Shown here: piece by piece, positions 28,805 through 35,965 of the stretch
Layout of the letters: each line of letters starts with the position of its first letter
Position numbering within the stretch: position 1 is the first letter of the stretch
NCBI GenBank assembly: GCA_963742765.1
Contig: CAVUMY010000002.1
Location: 1,194,895-1,258,894, forward strand
From: an uncultured Actinomycetota bacterium
GTDB taxonomy: Bacteria; Actinomycetota; Actinomycetes; Propionibacteriales; Nocardioidaceae
Length of the DNA stretch: 64,000 nucleotides
Reading direction: 5' to 3'
Position numbers and translations under genes: made by a program
The notes under the pieces: generated by a model
Told to the model about the DNA's origin: nothing
The model's database searches: none
Seen by the model: the letters and a program-made list of their open reading frames with translations, nothing else

Positions 28805-30349
28805 CTAGGACGTGGTGCAGGCGGGCGTGTCGACCGTCGGGAGGTCAGTGGGTACGCCGATCGACGGCATGCCGAGCGAGACTCCACCGCCGGACGGCGA
28901 GCCGCTCCCACCGGACGTGGCGCCACCGCCTCTAGTTCCAGCGGTCGCCCCGGAGGTGCGGGCCTCCCAGGCGTCACCCGCACGGGTTCGACGCACGGCC
29001 GTCACCGGGGTGTCGCTGACCAGGTGGTGCGGCGCGCCATACGTCACGTCGACCTCGACCACGTCTCCGGGGCGCACCGTCACCGAGGGGTCCGGGACGA
29101 AGTGCACGAGCCGGTTGTCGTGCGCCCGGCCGGACAGCCGCGCCTTGGCCGCGTCCTTGCGACCTTCCCCCCCGGCGACCAGCACCTCGAGGCGCCGGCC
29201 GACCAGCCGCTTGTTCTCGTCCCACGCGATCTCGTTGACGAGGTCGACCAACCGCACGTACCGCTCCTGCACCATGTCATGCGGGAGCTGATCGTCCATC
29301 GTGGCTGCGGGCGTCCCGGGCCGCTGGGAGTACAGGAACGTGAACGCTCCGCTGAACCGCGCTTCCCGCACGAGCGACAACGTCTGCTGGAAGTCGTCCT
29401 CGGTCTCGCCCGGGAAGCCGACGATGATGTCCGTCGTGATGGCGGCCTCGGGGATCTGCTCGCGCACGCGGTCGAGGATGCCGAGGTATCGATCGCGGCG
29501 GTAGGACCGGCGCATCGCCTTGAGCACCGTGTCGGACCCGGACTGAAGCGGCATGTGCAGCGAGGGCATCACGTTGGGCGTCTCGGCCATCGCCGCGATC
29601 ACGTCATCGGTGAAGTCACGCGGATGTGGTGAGGTGAACCGCACCCGCTCCAGGCCCTCGATCTCGCCGCACGCCCGCAGCAGCTTGCCGAACGCCTGCC
29701 GGTCGCCGAACTCGACGCCGTAGGAGTTGACGTTCTGGCCGAGCAGAGTGACCTCGATGACGCCCTCGCCGACCAGGGCCTCGACCTCGGCGAGCACGTC
29801 ACCCGGCCGGCGATCCTTCTCGGTCCCGCGCAGCGACGGCACGATGCAGAACGTGCAGGTGTTGTTGCACCCCACGCTGATCGCCACCCAGGCGGCGTAC
29901 GCCGACTCGCGGCGGGTCGGCAGCGTCGACGGGAACACTTCGAGCGACTCGAGGATCTCGACCTGCGCCTCGCGGTTGACGCGCGACCGCTCGAGCAGGG
30001 CCGGCAAGGAACCGATGTTGTGCGTACCGAAGACGACGTCGACCCAGGGCGCGCGTCGGGTGATCTCGGACCGGTCCTTCTGCGCCAGGCAGCCGCCGAC
30101 GGCAATCTGCATGTGCTTGTCGGCCGCCTTGCGCGGGGCGAGCTGGCCGAGGTTGCCGTACAGCTTGTTGTCGGCATTCTCGCGCACGGCACAGGTGTTG
30201 AAGACGACGACGTCGGCGTCAGTGCCCGGCGTCGCCCGCAGGTAGCCGGCGTCCTCGAGCAGGCCGGACAGCCGCTCGGAGTCGTGCACGTTCATCTGGC
30301 AACCGTGGGTCCGCACCTCGTACGTGCGGGGCTGGGCGTTTGGTTTCAT
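28805..30349 (-). CDS. miaB: tRNA-2-methylthio-N6-dimethylallyladenosine synthase; first ~7 codons supplied by the inserted element
   Basis: ATG at 30349 ([25 protein letters not shown]...). Contains the UPF0004 N-domain, the radical-SAM motif [11 protein letters not shown], a TRAM-like C-terminal part, and a Gly/Ser-rich tail. Confidence 0.92.
   Translation of the reverse strand: MKPNAQPRTYEVRTHGCQMNVHDSERLSGLLEDAGYLRATPGTDADVVVFNTCAVRENADNKLYGNLGQLAPRKAADKHMQIAVGGCLAQKDRSEITRRAPWVDVVFGTHNIGSLPALLERSRVNREAQVEILESLEVFPSTLPTRRESAYAAWVAISVGCNNTCTFCIVPSLRGTEKDRRPGDVLAEVEALVGEGVIEVTLLGQNVNSYGVEFGDRQAFGKLLRACGEIEGLERVRFTSPHPRDFTDDVIAAMAETPNVMPSLHMPLQSGSDTVLKAMRRSYRRDRYLGILDRVREQIPEAAITTDIIVGFPGETEDDFQQTLSLVREARFSGAFTFLYSQRPGTPAATMDDQLPHDMVQERYVRLVDLVNEIAWDENKRLVGRRLEVLVAGGEGRKDAAKARLSGRAHDNRLVHFVPDPSVTVRPGDVVEVDVTYGAPHHLVSDTPVTAVRRTRAGDAWEARTSGATAGTRGGGATSGGSGSPSGGGVSLGMPSIGVPTDLPTVDTPACTTS
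30107..30334. repeat. attL (miaB-derived direct repeat, left copy)
   Basis: Aligns without gaps to 35978-36205 at an offset of 5871 nt. The core 30228-30328 is 101 nt of perfect identity. There are 11 substitutions overall. Confidence 0.9.
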
Positions 30350-30368
30350 CAGACGAAAAGAGTATCTG

Positions 30369-31115
30369 GTGACCATCCGAGCACAGTTGGACCGCACGGC
30401 AATAGAGAAGGGGCTTCGGCAGAGCACTTACCTCTCGTACCTCAGACTCCTTGGCAGCTTGGGGATTCTCGACATGGAGACAGTGTCGGAAGACGAGGTG
30501 TTTTCACGCCTTTGGGCGCTTGAGAACCCCAACACGCGCCGCGCCGCCGTCATTGCCGTGAGGTCCGTGCTCGGCTTCAAGATGCGAATTCCCAAGGCCG
30601 TGCCTCGTCGGTATCAGCTGGAGTCCGAAGACACCCTGAGAATGGCTCTGATGCTGTCGCCGCATGAGTCCCGGGGACTGCTGATGATGTACGCGGGCCT
30701 GCGCATCGGAGAGGCGTGCGCAATCACGGGGAAGGACCGTGCAGGCGATAGACTGCGCGTAGACAAGCAGGTCCAAGAGTTGTACCAGACCGGCAAACCT
30801 CGTTCAGTCACGGTCGGCCCGGTCAAGACAAATGAGGCCAGCATCGTCATCCCGCACTGGTTGGCTCCGTACATCGACGCTCTGGACCAACGCCCTATAC
30901 CGTCATCTGTCCGAGAGTCACTCCGCCGTGCTGGAAGCAAGCTCGGCATACACCTCAACCCGCACATGCTCAGGCACTGGTACTGCACGACGTTGCTGGA
31001 ACGCGGTGTTTCCCTTGCCCTCGTGTCGCGTCAGATGAGGCACAGTGATGTAGCCGTGACGCTGAGGACCTACGCACAGACCAACGACGGAGATATCCAC
31101 AGAGCAATCGGCTGA
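30369..31115 (+). CDS. tyrosine recombinase/integrase (small, XerC/D-like)
   Basis: Catalytic signature GLRIGEA (Arg I), HMLRHWY (His-x-x-Arg II), and [13 protein letters not shown] (His...Tyr). The start is uncertain: GTG at 30369, or GTG at 30324 inside attL. Confidence 0.85.
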   Translation: MTIRAQLDRTAIEKGLRQSTYLSYLRLLGSLGILDMETVSEDEVFSRLWALENPNTRRAAVIAVRSVLGFKMRIPKAVPRRYQLESEDTLRMALMLSPHESRGLLMMYAGLRIGEACAITGKDRAGDRLRVDKQVQELYQTGKPRSVTVGPVKTNEASIVIPHWLAPYIDALDQRPIPSSVRESLRRAGSKLGIHLNPHMLRHWYCTTLLERGVSLALVSRQMRHSDVAVTLRTYAQTNDGDIHRAIG

Positions 31116-31535
31116 GGAAATCCCGCAAGGTACGGCTGGCTTCGAGACAGACGATGACGCGTCCACCGGAGGCCCGTCATTCACTGTCTTCTTTCGCCCT
31201 CATAGTGCAGTCTATTGGTACACATTCATCTACCAGCGCAACGTTAGAAAATTCCGGAGACGGACTAAACAGCGCCCTTCGCCGGGCATCTGCCTAGGGA
31301 TAGTGCGCACACAGATGACGCCGCCGGCTGGTCCCTAAGACAGGACCTAGCAGACCTCACCTTCCCCACTAGTCCCGTTCTGTCTCACCTGCAACGAGAT
31401 GCTTGCACCCTTACGGCGTCTCCGCTCACACTTGGGCAAGTGGAGTAGTTACACCGTTGTAGTTCTCCACGTCAAGTGCCCGTCCAAGTCTTGTCGGGTA
31501 CACCAGCATCACGAGAAGAAAGGTAGGCAACGAAG

Positions 31536-31700
31536 ATGAGGTGCCAAATTTGGAGGTCCACGAGCGGACAGTTCTTCGTCCGGGTCGTGGCGAGCAACGG
31601 GGCGATTCTTGCCCACAGTGAAACCTACGTGGCGAAGGTGGACGCACGTACCTGCGCCAACATCATCGCCAACGGAGGCACGGTTGAGGACAACGCCTAG
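31536..31700 (+). CDS. DUF1508 (YegP-like) small protein
   Basis: 54-aa ORF below the track threshold: MRCQIWRSTSGQFFVRVVASNGAILAHSETYVAKVDARTCANIIANGGTVEDNA. It matches the YegP repeat pattern (..G.y.F.l.a.NG.il..Se.Y..k......i..v). GAAAGG lies upstream. Confidence 0.6.
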   Translation: MRCQIWRSTSGQFFVRVVASNGAILAHSETYVAKVDARTCANIIANGGTVEDNA

Positions 31701-31723
31701 CTGCTGAGTCCTGTAAGCCGCGA

Positions 31724-31774
31724 GGCCCGAAGACGCGTCCGGATGCTTGACGGTCATCTGGAAGTCTTCGGGCC
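31724..31774 (+). terminator. long hairpin between the DUF1508 and recombinase genes
   Basis: GGCCCGAAGAC (31724-31734) pairs perfectly with GTCTTCGGGCC (31764-31774), with a 29-nt loop. It could be a terminator or a regulatory structure. Confidence 0.3.
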
Positions 31775-31854
31775 TTCGCGTTCTCAATCTAGCCCCTGGA
31801 CATCGCTATCGCCGGCTCAAACTCGAAATCCCTCCGAGCCTCGTTGACCGTGTG

Positions 31855-31882
31855 CATACATTAATCGTCCGTTTAATGTATG
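31855..31882. promoter_or_regulatory. 28-bp palindromic site immediately upstream of the serine recombinase gene
   Basis: CATACATTAA-tcgtccgt-TTAATGTATG has perfect 10-bp arms and ends 8 nt before the ATG at 31891. TTGACC lies at 31844-31849. Confidence 0.45.
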
Positions 31883-31890
31883 CTGTGGAC

Positions 31891-32556
31891 ATGAAGAAGC
31901 GAGCAGAAAAGGTCATCGGCTACCTCCGGGTGTCTACCGAGGAGCAGGCAATCAGCGGTCTCGGCCTGGCCGACCAGCGAGCAGTCATCGACGCAGAGGC
32001 CTCACGTCGTGACTGGTCTGAGGTGGAGTACTTGGCTGATGAGGGGTACTCAGCAAGGAACTTGTCGCGTCCAGCCATCTCGACAGCGCTCGATGCACTC
32101 CGCACGGGCGATGCCTCGGTGCTGGTCGTCTCGAAACTTGACCGGCTCTCTCGTTCGCTGCTGGACTTCGCCACCTTGATGGAGCGGGCGAACAAGGAGG
32201 GGTGGCAGTTGGTCGTTCTCGACCTGGCGCTTGACACCACCAGCCCATCAGGACAACTTATGGCCAACGTGATGGCGTGCTTCGCACAGTACGAGAGGCA
32301 ACTCATCGGAGCCAGGACCAGTGCGGCTCTCCAACAGTTGAAGAGGCAGGGTGTGCGACTTGGCCGACCCCGTTCGCTACCGGCCGCCGTTGTGGAGCGC
32401 ATAGTGGCGGAACGTCAGTCAGGAAGGACGATGGCAGCCATTGCCGATGGTCTTAACTCGGACGATGTGGCTACCGCACGTGGGGGAGCGCGTTGGTATC
32501 CGTCGACCGTCAAGGCTGTGCTCAGGTCCGCCCAACTGGATGCCAAGGCTGCCTGA
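31891..32556 (+). CDS. small serine recombinase (resolvase/invertase type)
   Basis: ATG at 31891. Catalytic N-terminus VIGYLRVSTEEQ, then VSKLDRLSRS and FAQYERQLIGARTS. The C-terminal part has GGARWYPSTVKAVL. Confidence 0.9.
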   Translation: MKKRAEKVIGYLRVSTEEQAISGLGLADQRAVIDAEASRRDWSEVEYLADEGYSARNLSRPAISTALDALRTGDASVLVVSKLDRLSRSLLDFATLMERANKEGWQLVVLDLALDTTSPSGQLMANVMACFAQYERQLIGARTSAALQQLKRQGVRLGRPRSLPAAVVERIVAERQSGRTMAAIADGLNSDDVATARGGARWYPSTVKAVLRSAQLDAKAA

Positions 32557-32638
32557 CAAGTCACTTACATCCGATGAGCGGTCAGGGCGCTCGGGGGCAA
32601 TCCACGAAAATGGCGAGGAAGAGGTCGTACCTCACAAG

Positions 32639-32968
32639 ATGACACTAGGAGCGGCTGAGACTGCGAAGCGGGTCCCGCCGACGACTCTCGTGACCACCGT
32701 CCTGGTCTTTGTGAACCTTGTGGCCGTCTACATCGAACTGCTTCTCGTGCTGGCGCACTATGAAGACCATGAGACGACCAACTATCTCCTACCCCAAGAC
32801 ATTTGGTTGCCGTTTATGACGTTGGTTCTTGGGCAGAGCCTCGTGAACGGGCTACTCCTTCTGACGTCGCCCAGAGTCCGCCGAATCGGCGCAGGCCTGC
32901 TGCTCGGAACAATGGGCGCCGTCGCTGCCTGGCTCTGCTGTGTAGCAGTGTTCGGGCCGGGCTCCTGA
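32639..32968 (+). CDS. small membrane protein (3 predicted TM segments)
   Basis: Internal ATG at 32639 (MTLGAAETAKRVPP...). Hydrophobic stretches LVTTVLVFVNLVAVYIELLLVLA, LPFMTLVLGQSLVNGLLLL and GLLLGTMGAVAAWLCCVAVF. Confidence 0.45.
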   Translation: MTLGAAETAKRVPPTTLVTTVLVFVNLVAVYIELLLVLAHYEDHETTNYLLPQDIWLPFMTLVLGQSLVNGLLLLTSPRVRRIGAGLLLGTMGAVAAWLCCVAVFGPGS

Positions 32969-33094
32969 CGGCGTCCGGACTTGCGGGCGTGGGCTCTGAA
33001 CTCCTAACCCGCCTGTTTGTCACTGCCCATCGTGGTGGGGTTGTGACTCTCTGCCAAGCCCTCTACCATGACACCACGCTAGGCTCCCTAGCGT

Positions 33095-33121
33095 CAGATA
33101 AATAAAGTGGGACCGGGGTCC
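33095..33121 (-). terminator. intrinsic-terminator-like hairpin plus T-tract on the minus strand
   Basis: The minus strand reads GGACCCCGGTCC followed by CACTTTATTTATCTG. It lies directly after the stop of the 33127-33294 candidate ORF. An 8-bp hairpin, ACGCTAGG-ctc-CCTAGCGT, lies next to it at 33076-33094. Confidence 0.4.
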
Positions 33122-33126
33122 AGCGA

Positions 33127-33294
33127 CTATTTTCTGGGCCTCGAAACAGTCTTACGCTGCTTCCTACGCTTAACTGATGGGTTCCGCCCAGTTGATTGGG
33201 GAAAGGTCTTTACCTGCCGTCGATGCGAACCCAGTGCATTAACCTTTTCATCTAGAGCGGTGTGGCCGCCATAGGTGGAGGTTGCGTACGTCAT
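33127..33294 (-). CDS. candidate 55-aa basic protein (very tentative)
   Basis: AGGAG lies 10 nt upstream of the ATG at 33294. Sequence: MTYATSTYGGHTALDEKVNALGSHRRQVKTFPQSTGRNPSVKRRKQRKTVSRPRK. The stop abuts the minus-strand terminator. No family recognised. Confidence 0.25.
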   Translation of the reverse strand: MTYATSTYGGHTALDEKVNALGSHRRQVKTFPQSTGRNPSVKRRKQRKTVSRPRK

Positions 33295-33560
33295 CGGCCG
33301 CAATCTCCTGGCGGTACGTCTTGAAGTTGCCTGCCCTGCCACTGAACATTCAATTTCTAACTTCCTGTTCACTTTTCCTGTTCAGCACAAACCAGCGGCA
33401 TGATGTACTTTACATATTCTTCCTCCAAGGGTCATAGATAGTTTTTCCTTTCTTTAGATACCTCGCTACGCTCGGGCACACGCTCTCTTCGTTCGCATGT
33501 GGCTTCTTTACTTTCTTTCAGTCTCATCTTTTCAGTCAGGGGAACGTAGTGACCCTGACC

Positions 33561-33590
33561 GGACGCTTGCGTCCGTTCTTTTCTTTCCTT
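33561..33590 (+). terminator. intrinsic-terminator-like hairpin plus T-tract on the plus strand
   Basis: GGACG-cttg-CGTCC followed by GTTCTTTTCTTTCCTT. It is preceded by a second hairpin, GTCAGGG-N11-CCCTGAC (33535-33559). Confidence 0.4.
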
Positions 33591-34164
33591 GTATATCTAT
33601 TTTTGGACAAGGCTATCCCTTGTAGGGACTTTTTATTGTCCAGCCTAGAGGTCGCTAACACTTTTCTAGGTAGCATTCCTGCTACGTGCTTAGGGCAAGT
33701 TACTTTACATCCAACCCGGTTACCACCACGTCTGGTTATACCGCCAGACCTGCTCGGTGGGGGCATAAAAAGTGTCCCCTGCAAGAACCGACTAAAGACC
33801 ATGCAGGGGACCAAACGATTCGCTTGAATCTATTAACGAGCGTCTTTCTGCTAGTCGGTTGCTTACATCTTCAAGTATACAGTAGAATGTCGGGTCTGTC
33901 AAGTTAAGACATGTTATAGGTAACTAGTTATAAATGACTTATATACGCCCTAGTTATGGCATTCGCTAGAAGGGCCATGATTTGAGAAAAATAGGGGGTC
34001 GACCTCTGGTCCGCCCGCTATCTATTAGGCGCTTAGACGGGCACGCAGAGCCTCCTAGCGTGCATCTAGCTTCCATAGGGCCAGAGATGCCATTGCTGAA
34101 AGTGGTGTAGTCCATGTGGTTAGCAAGGCGGCCGCATGAAGTGCTAGGAGAGGCTCAACGTCTC

Positions 34165-34584
34165 CTAGTTCACTCGTTCGAAGACTCCAACAACGCGGTC
34201 ATCGGCGTTGTAGAAACGCAGTTGGTCTCCTCCTAGGGATACGCGCACAACTGTGAGCATCGGGTTCGCCGCCGCCTTGACGCCATCCCAGCGAGAACCG
34301 CATCCGATTTGTGTACTTCCGAACGTCGGTATCACTGTCCCATCGGCAAGTAGGTCAAACTGCCCGCCAGCCGAATTGCAAGCGAAGGGCGCATCCCAAG
34401 TCAGCTGACCGTTCAACCGACTGAAGTCCAGACGGTCTAAGTTGCTCGGACGTGACTCGTCAACGGTGACGAGTTTGCCCTCTAGCTGGACCGCCTGCCA
34501 CGTGCCGATGAGTTCGTCCTCGGTCGGAGCCCTTGCCCTCAGTCCGGTCCGGTCGTGGGGCCGCTCACCGTGAGAATCGCGCAC
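34165..34584 (-). CDS. META-domain (HslJ-like) protein; start uncertain
   Basis: LIGTWQAVQLEG...FACNSAGGQF...GSTQIGC fits the META pattern (GxW...GCN..xGxy...T.maC). The only ATG overlaps the upstream gene by 46 nt. Confidence 0.5.
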   Translation of the reverse strand: MRDSHGERPHDRTGLRARAPTEDELIGTWQAVQLEGKLVTVDESRPSNLDRLDFSRLNGQLTWDAPFACNSAGGQFDLLADGTVIPTFGSTQIGCGSRWDGVKAAANPMLTVVRVSLGGDQLRFYNADDRVVGVFERVN

Positions 34585-35150
34585 GCCTTAGCGCTGGCGT
34601 TGGCGGTGCACAACAGATAGGGGCCGGCGGATGTGTCGGGAACAACAATCCGGTCCGGACCGGGACCGCTGACACCTATGTCGAACCAGCCCTTGTTTGC
34701 GCCGTTGTCGACGCGCCACCAATCCGGCTTCCAGCCAAGCCCGTCGCCGCCGTCTGACGTCAAGTAATACTCCGGGTCGGCCCAGGCGCTTCCGGTCCAC
34801 GAGGCGAGCGAGTACGCAACCCCTCTGCTACTGGTCGAAGGGAAGTGCATCGCAACAATGGCACCTGGTGGCGCGGTCGACGGTTCGAGCGTCATAGTGC
34901 CCTGCCATCGGCTGTCGAGCGTTGGCTCAGTCGCGTCCGCCGGCGCCGGGCCGCCATTCGCACCTGGACGGATGAGGAGCGCAACCCCAATGACGGCGAC
35001 TAGAGCGGCGGTGGACAGAGACGCGGCGAGGACCGAGCGTCGCCGCCTCATGTGCTGACCCTCTCGGCGGGCTTCCTCTATCGGGGCATGGCCGACCTCG
35101 ATTTGCTCGACCCGTTCGGCCAGCCTCGTCCTGACCTCTGACTCGTTCAT
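34539..35150 (-). CDS. single-pass membrane protein downstream of the element ECF sigma (putative anti-sigma)
   Basis: ATGA overlap with the sigma gene. TM segment VLAASLSTAALVAVIGVALLI and an extracytoplasmic domain of unknown family. Confidence 0.55.
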   Translation of the reverse strand: MNESEVRTRLAERVEQIEVGHAPIEEARREGQHMRRRRSVLAASLSTAALVAVIGVALLIRPGANGGPAPADATEPTLDSRWQGTMTLEPSTAPPGAIVAMHFPSTSSRGVAYSLASWTGSAWADPEYYLTSDGGDGLGWKPDWWRVDNGANKGWFDIGVSGPGPDRIVVPDTSAGPYLLCTANASAKACAILTVSGPTTGPD

Positions 35151-35653
35151 GTTGGACTCCTGTCTGGTCCGCCTGCGAGGTGCCGACTCGCGGCCAGTTG
35201 CCGAAGGGCCCTGGACTGTCTGCTCTTGACCGTGCCGACCGGCAGACCAAGAGCGGCCGCTGTCTCGGCCTCCGTGAGGTCCGCGTAGAACCGAAGCACG
35301 ACGACTGCTCGTTGGCTGTCGTCCAGGTCTCGTAGGGCGCGGTCGACAGCGTCGGACCGGTCCACAGCCTCGGCCGGCTCCGCACTGGTCGCGGGTTCTG
35401 GCATGACTGCCGTCGGTCGCTCACCCCACCAGCGACGACGGCGACTGTCGTTGTAAGCATTCACCAGAACCCTGTACACGTATGCCTCTCGGTCATCGGC
35501 GCGCGCGACCTTCGACCACGACATGTAGCAGCGGGCCAGTGCCGTCTGGGCGATGTCCTCGGCATCGTGCGGTGAGCAGCCCAGCAGCACGGCGGTGCGT
35601 ACCAGCGCAGGCCAGCGCGCCGACATGTAGGCGGCGAACTCCTCGGCGTCCAC
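35147..35653 (-). CDS. ECF sigma factor (SigE-like subgroup) carried by the element
   Basis: 168 aa. Region 2 (DAEDIAQTALARCYMSW, EAYVYRVLVNAY) and region 4 (AVVVLRFYADLTEAETAAALGLPVGTVKSRQSRALRQL). Confidence 0.88.
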   Translation of the reverse strand: MDAEEFAAYMSARWPALVRTAVLLGCSPHDAEDIAQTALARCYMSWSKVARADDREAYVYRVLVNAYNDSRRRRWWGERPTAVMPEPATSAEPAEAVDRSDAVDRALRDLDDSQRAVVVLRFYADLTEAETAAALGLPVGTVKSRQSRALRQLAASRHLAGGPDRSPT

Positions 35654-35682
35654 GGGCCCCCAATCTGTCCTGACACCACAAT

Positions 35683-35709
35683 GACGGGTCAGGAGGCGTC
35701 AAGGGTTCC
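35683..35709 (-). promoter_or_regulatory. ECF-type promoter candidate upstream of the element sigma gene
   Basis: The minus strand reads GGGAACC-N16-CCGTC (GGAAC...CGTC). It lies 30-56 nt upstream of the sigma ATG, consistent with an autoregulated ECF promoter. Confidence 0.3.
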
Positions 35710-35965
35710 CCTTGCGTACAAAACGTGTCAGGTTGGCCTGGCGGGTGGACAGGAGTGAACACCGATGTCGCAGATGCACCCCGCGGATTCGTCAGCACCC
35801 GCCGCAGTGCCCTCGCGTTGGTTTTCCAGTGAACAACCCCCCTGTCGCCGGAGCATTCCAGTCCGTCAAACGGCTCCTGAGGCCTTCCCAGAGGGTGCTC
35901 CGGGCTGGCTTCGACGGCATGGCGGTCGACTCAGGTAGAGTCCCATCTACAAATCCACACTGAAA

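Larger units (their letters stand above)
33100..34160. other. AT-rich, CTAG-rich, ORF-poor segment of the element (function unknown)
   Basis: Hand counts of G+C are 25/60 (33361-33420), 29/60 (33541-33600) and 19/60 (33901-33960), versus 39/60 for a typical host line (40981-41040). There are 13 CTAG tetramers in about 1.1 kb. The plus strand is pyrimidine-rich from 33360 to 33600. The only track ORFs are 73-92 aa and unconvincing. Confidence 0.8.

Noticed and set aside
33127-33907. Track ORFs 33127-33372(-), 33536-33814(-), 33549-33827(+) and 33686-33907(+) as protein-coding genes
   Set aside because: They overlap one another, lack ribosome-binding sites at the track starts, and have no recognisable motifs. 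Their composition (Arg/Lys/Ser or Leu/Phe runs) follows the strand skew. Only the 3' 55 codons of the first one were kept, as a very low-confidence candidate.
34158-34172. CCTAGTTCAC 10-mer identical to part of the family-1 palindrome, at the edge of the element's AT-rich region
   Set aside because: There is no further similarity on either side. It forms part of a local hairpin (CTAGGAG-N11-CTCCTAG) overlapping the META gene stop. It is treated as coincidence linked to the CTAG richness.
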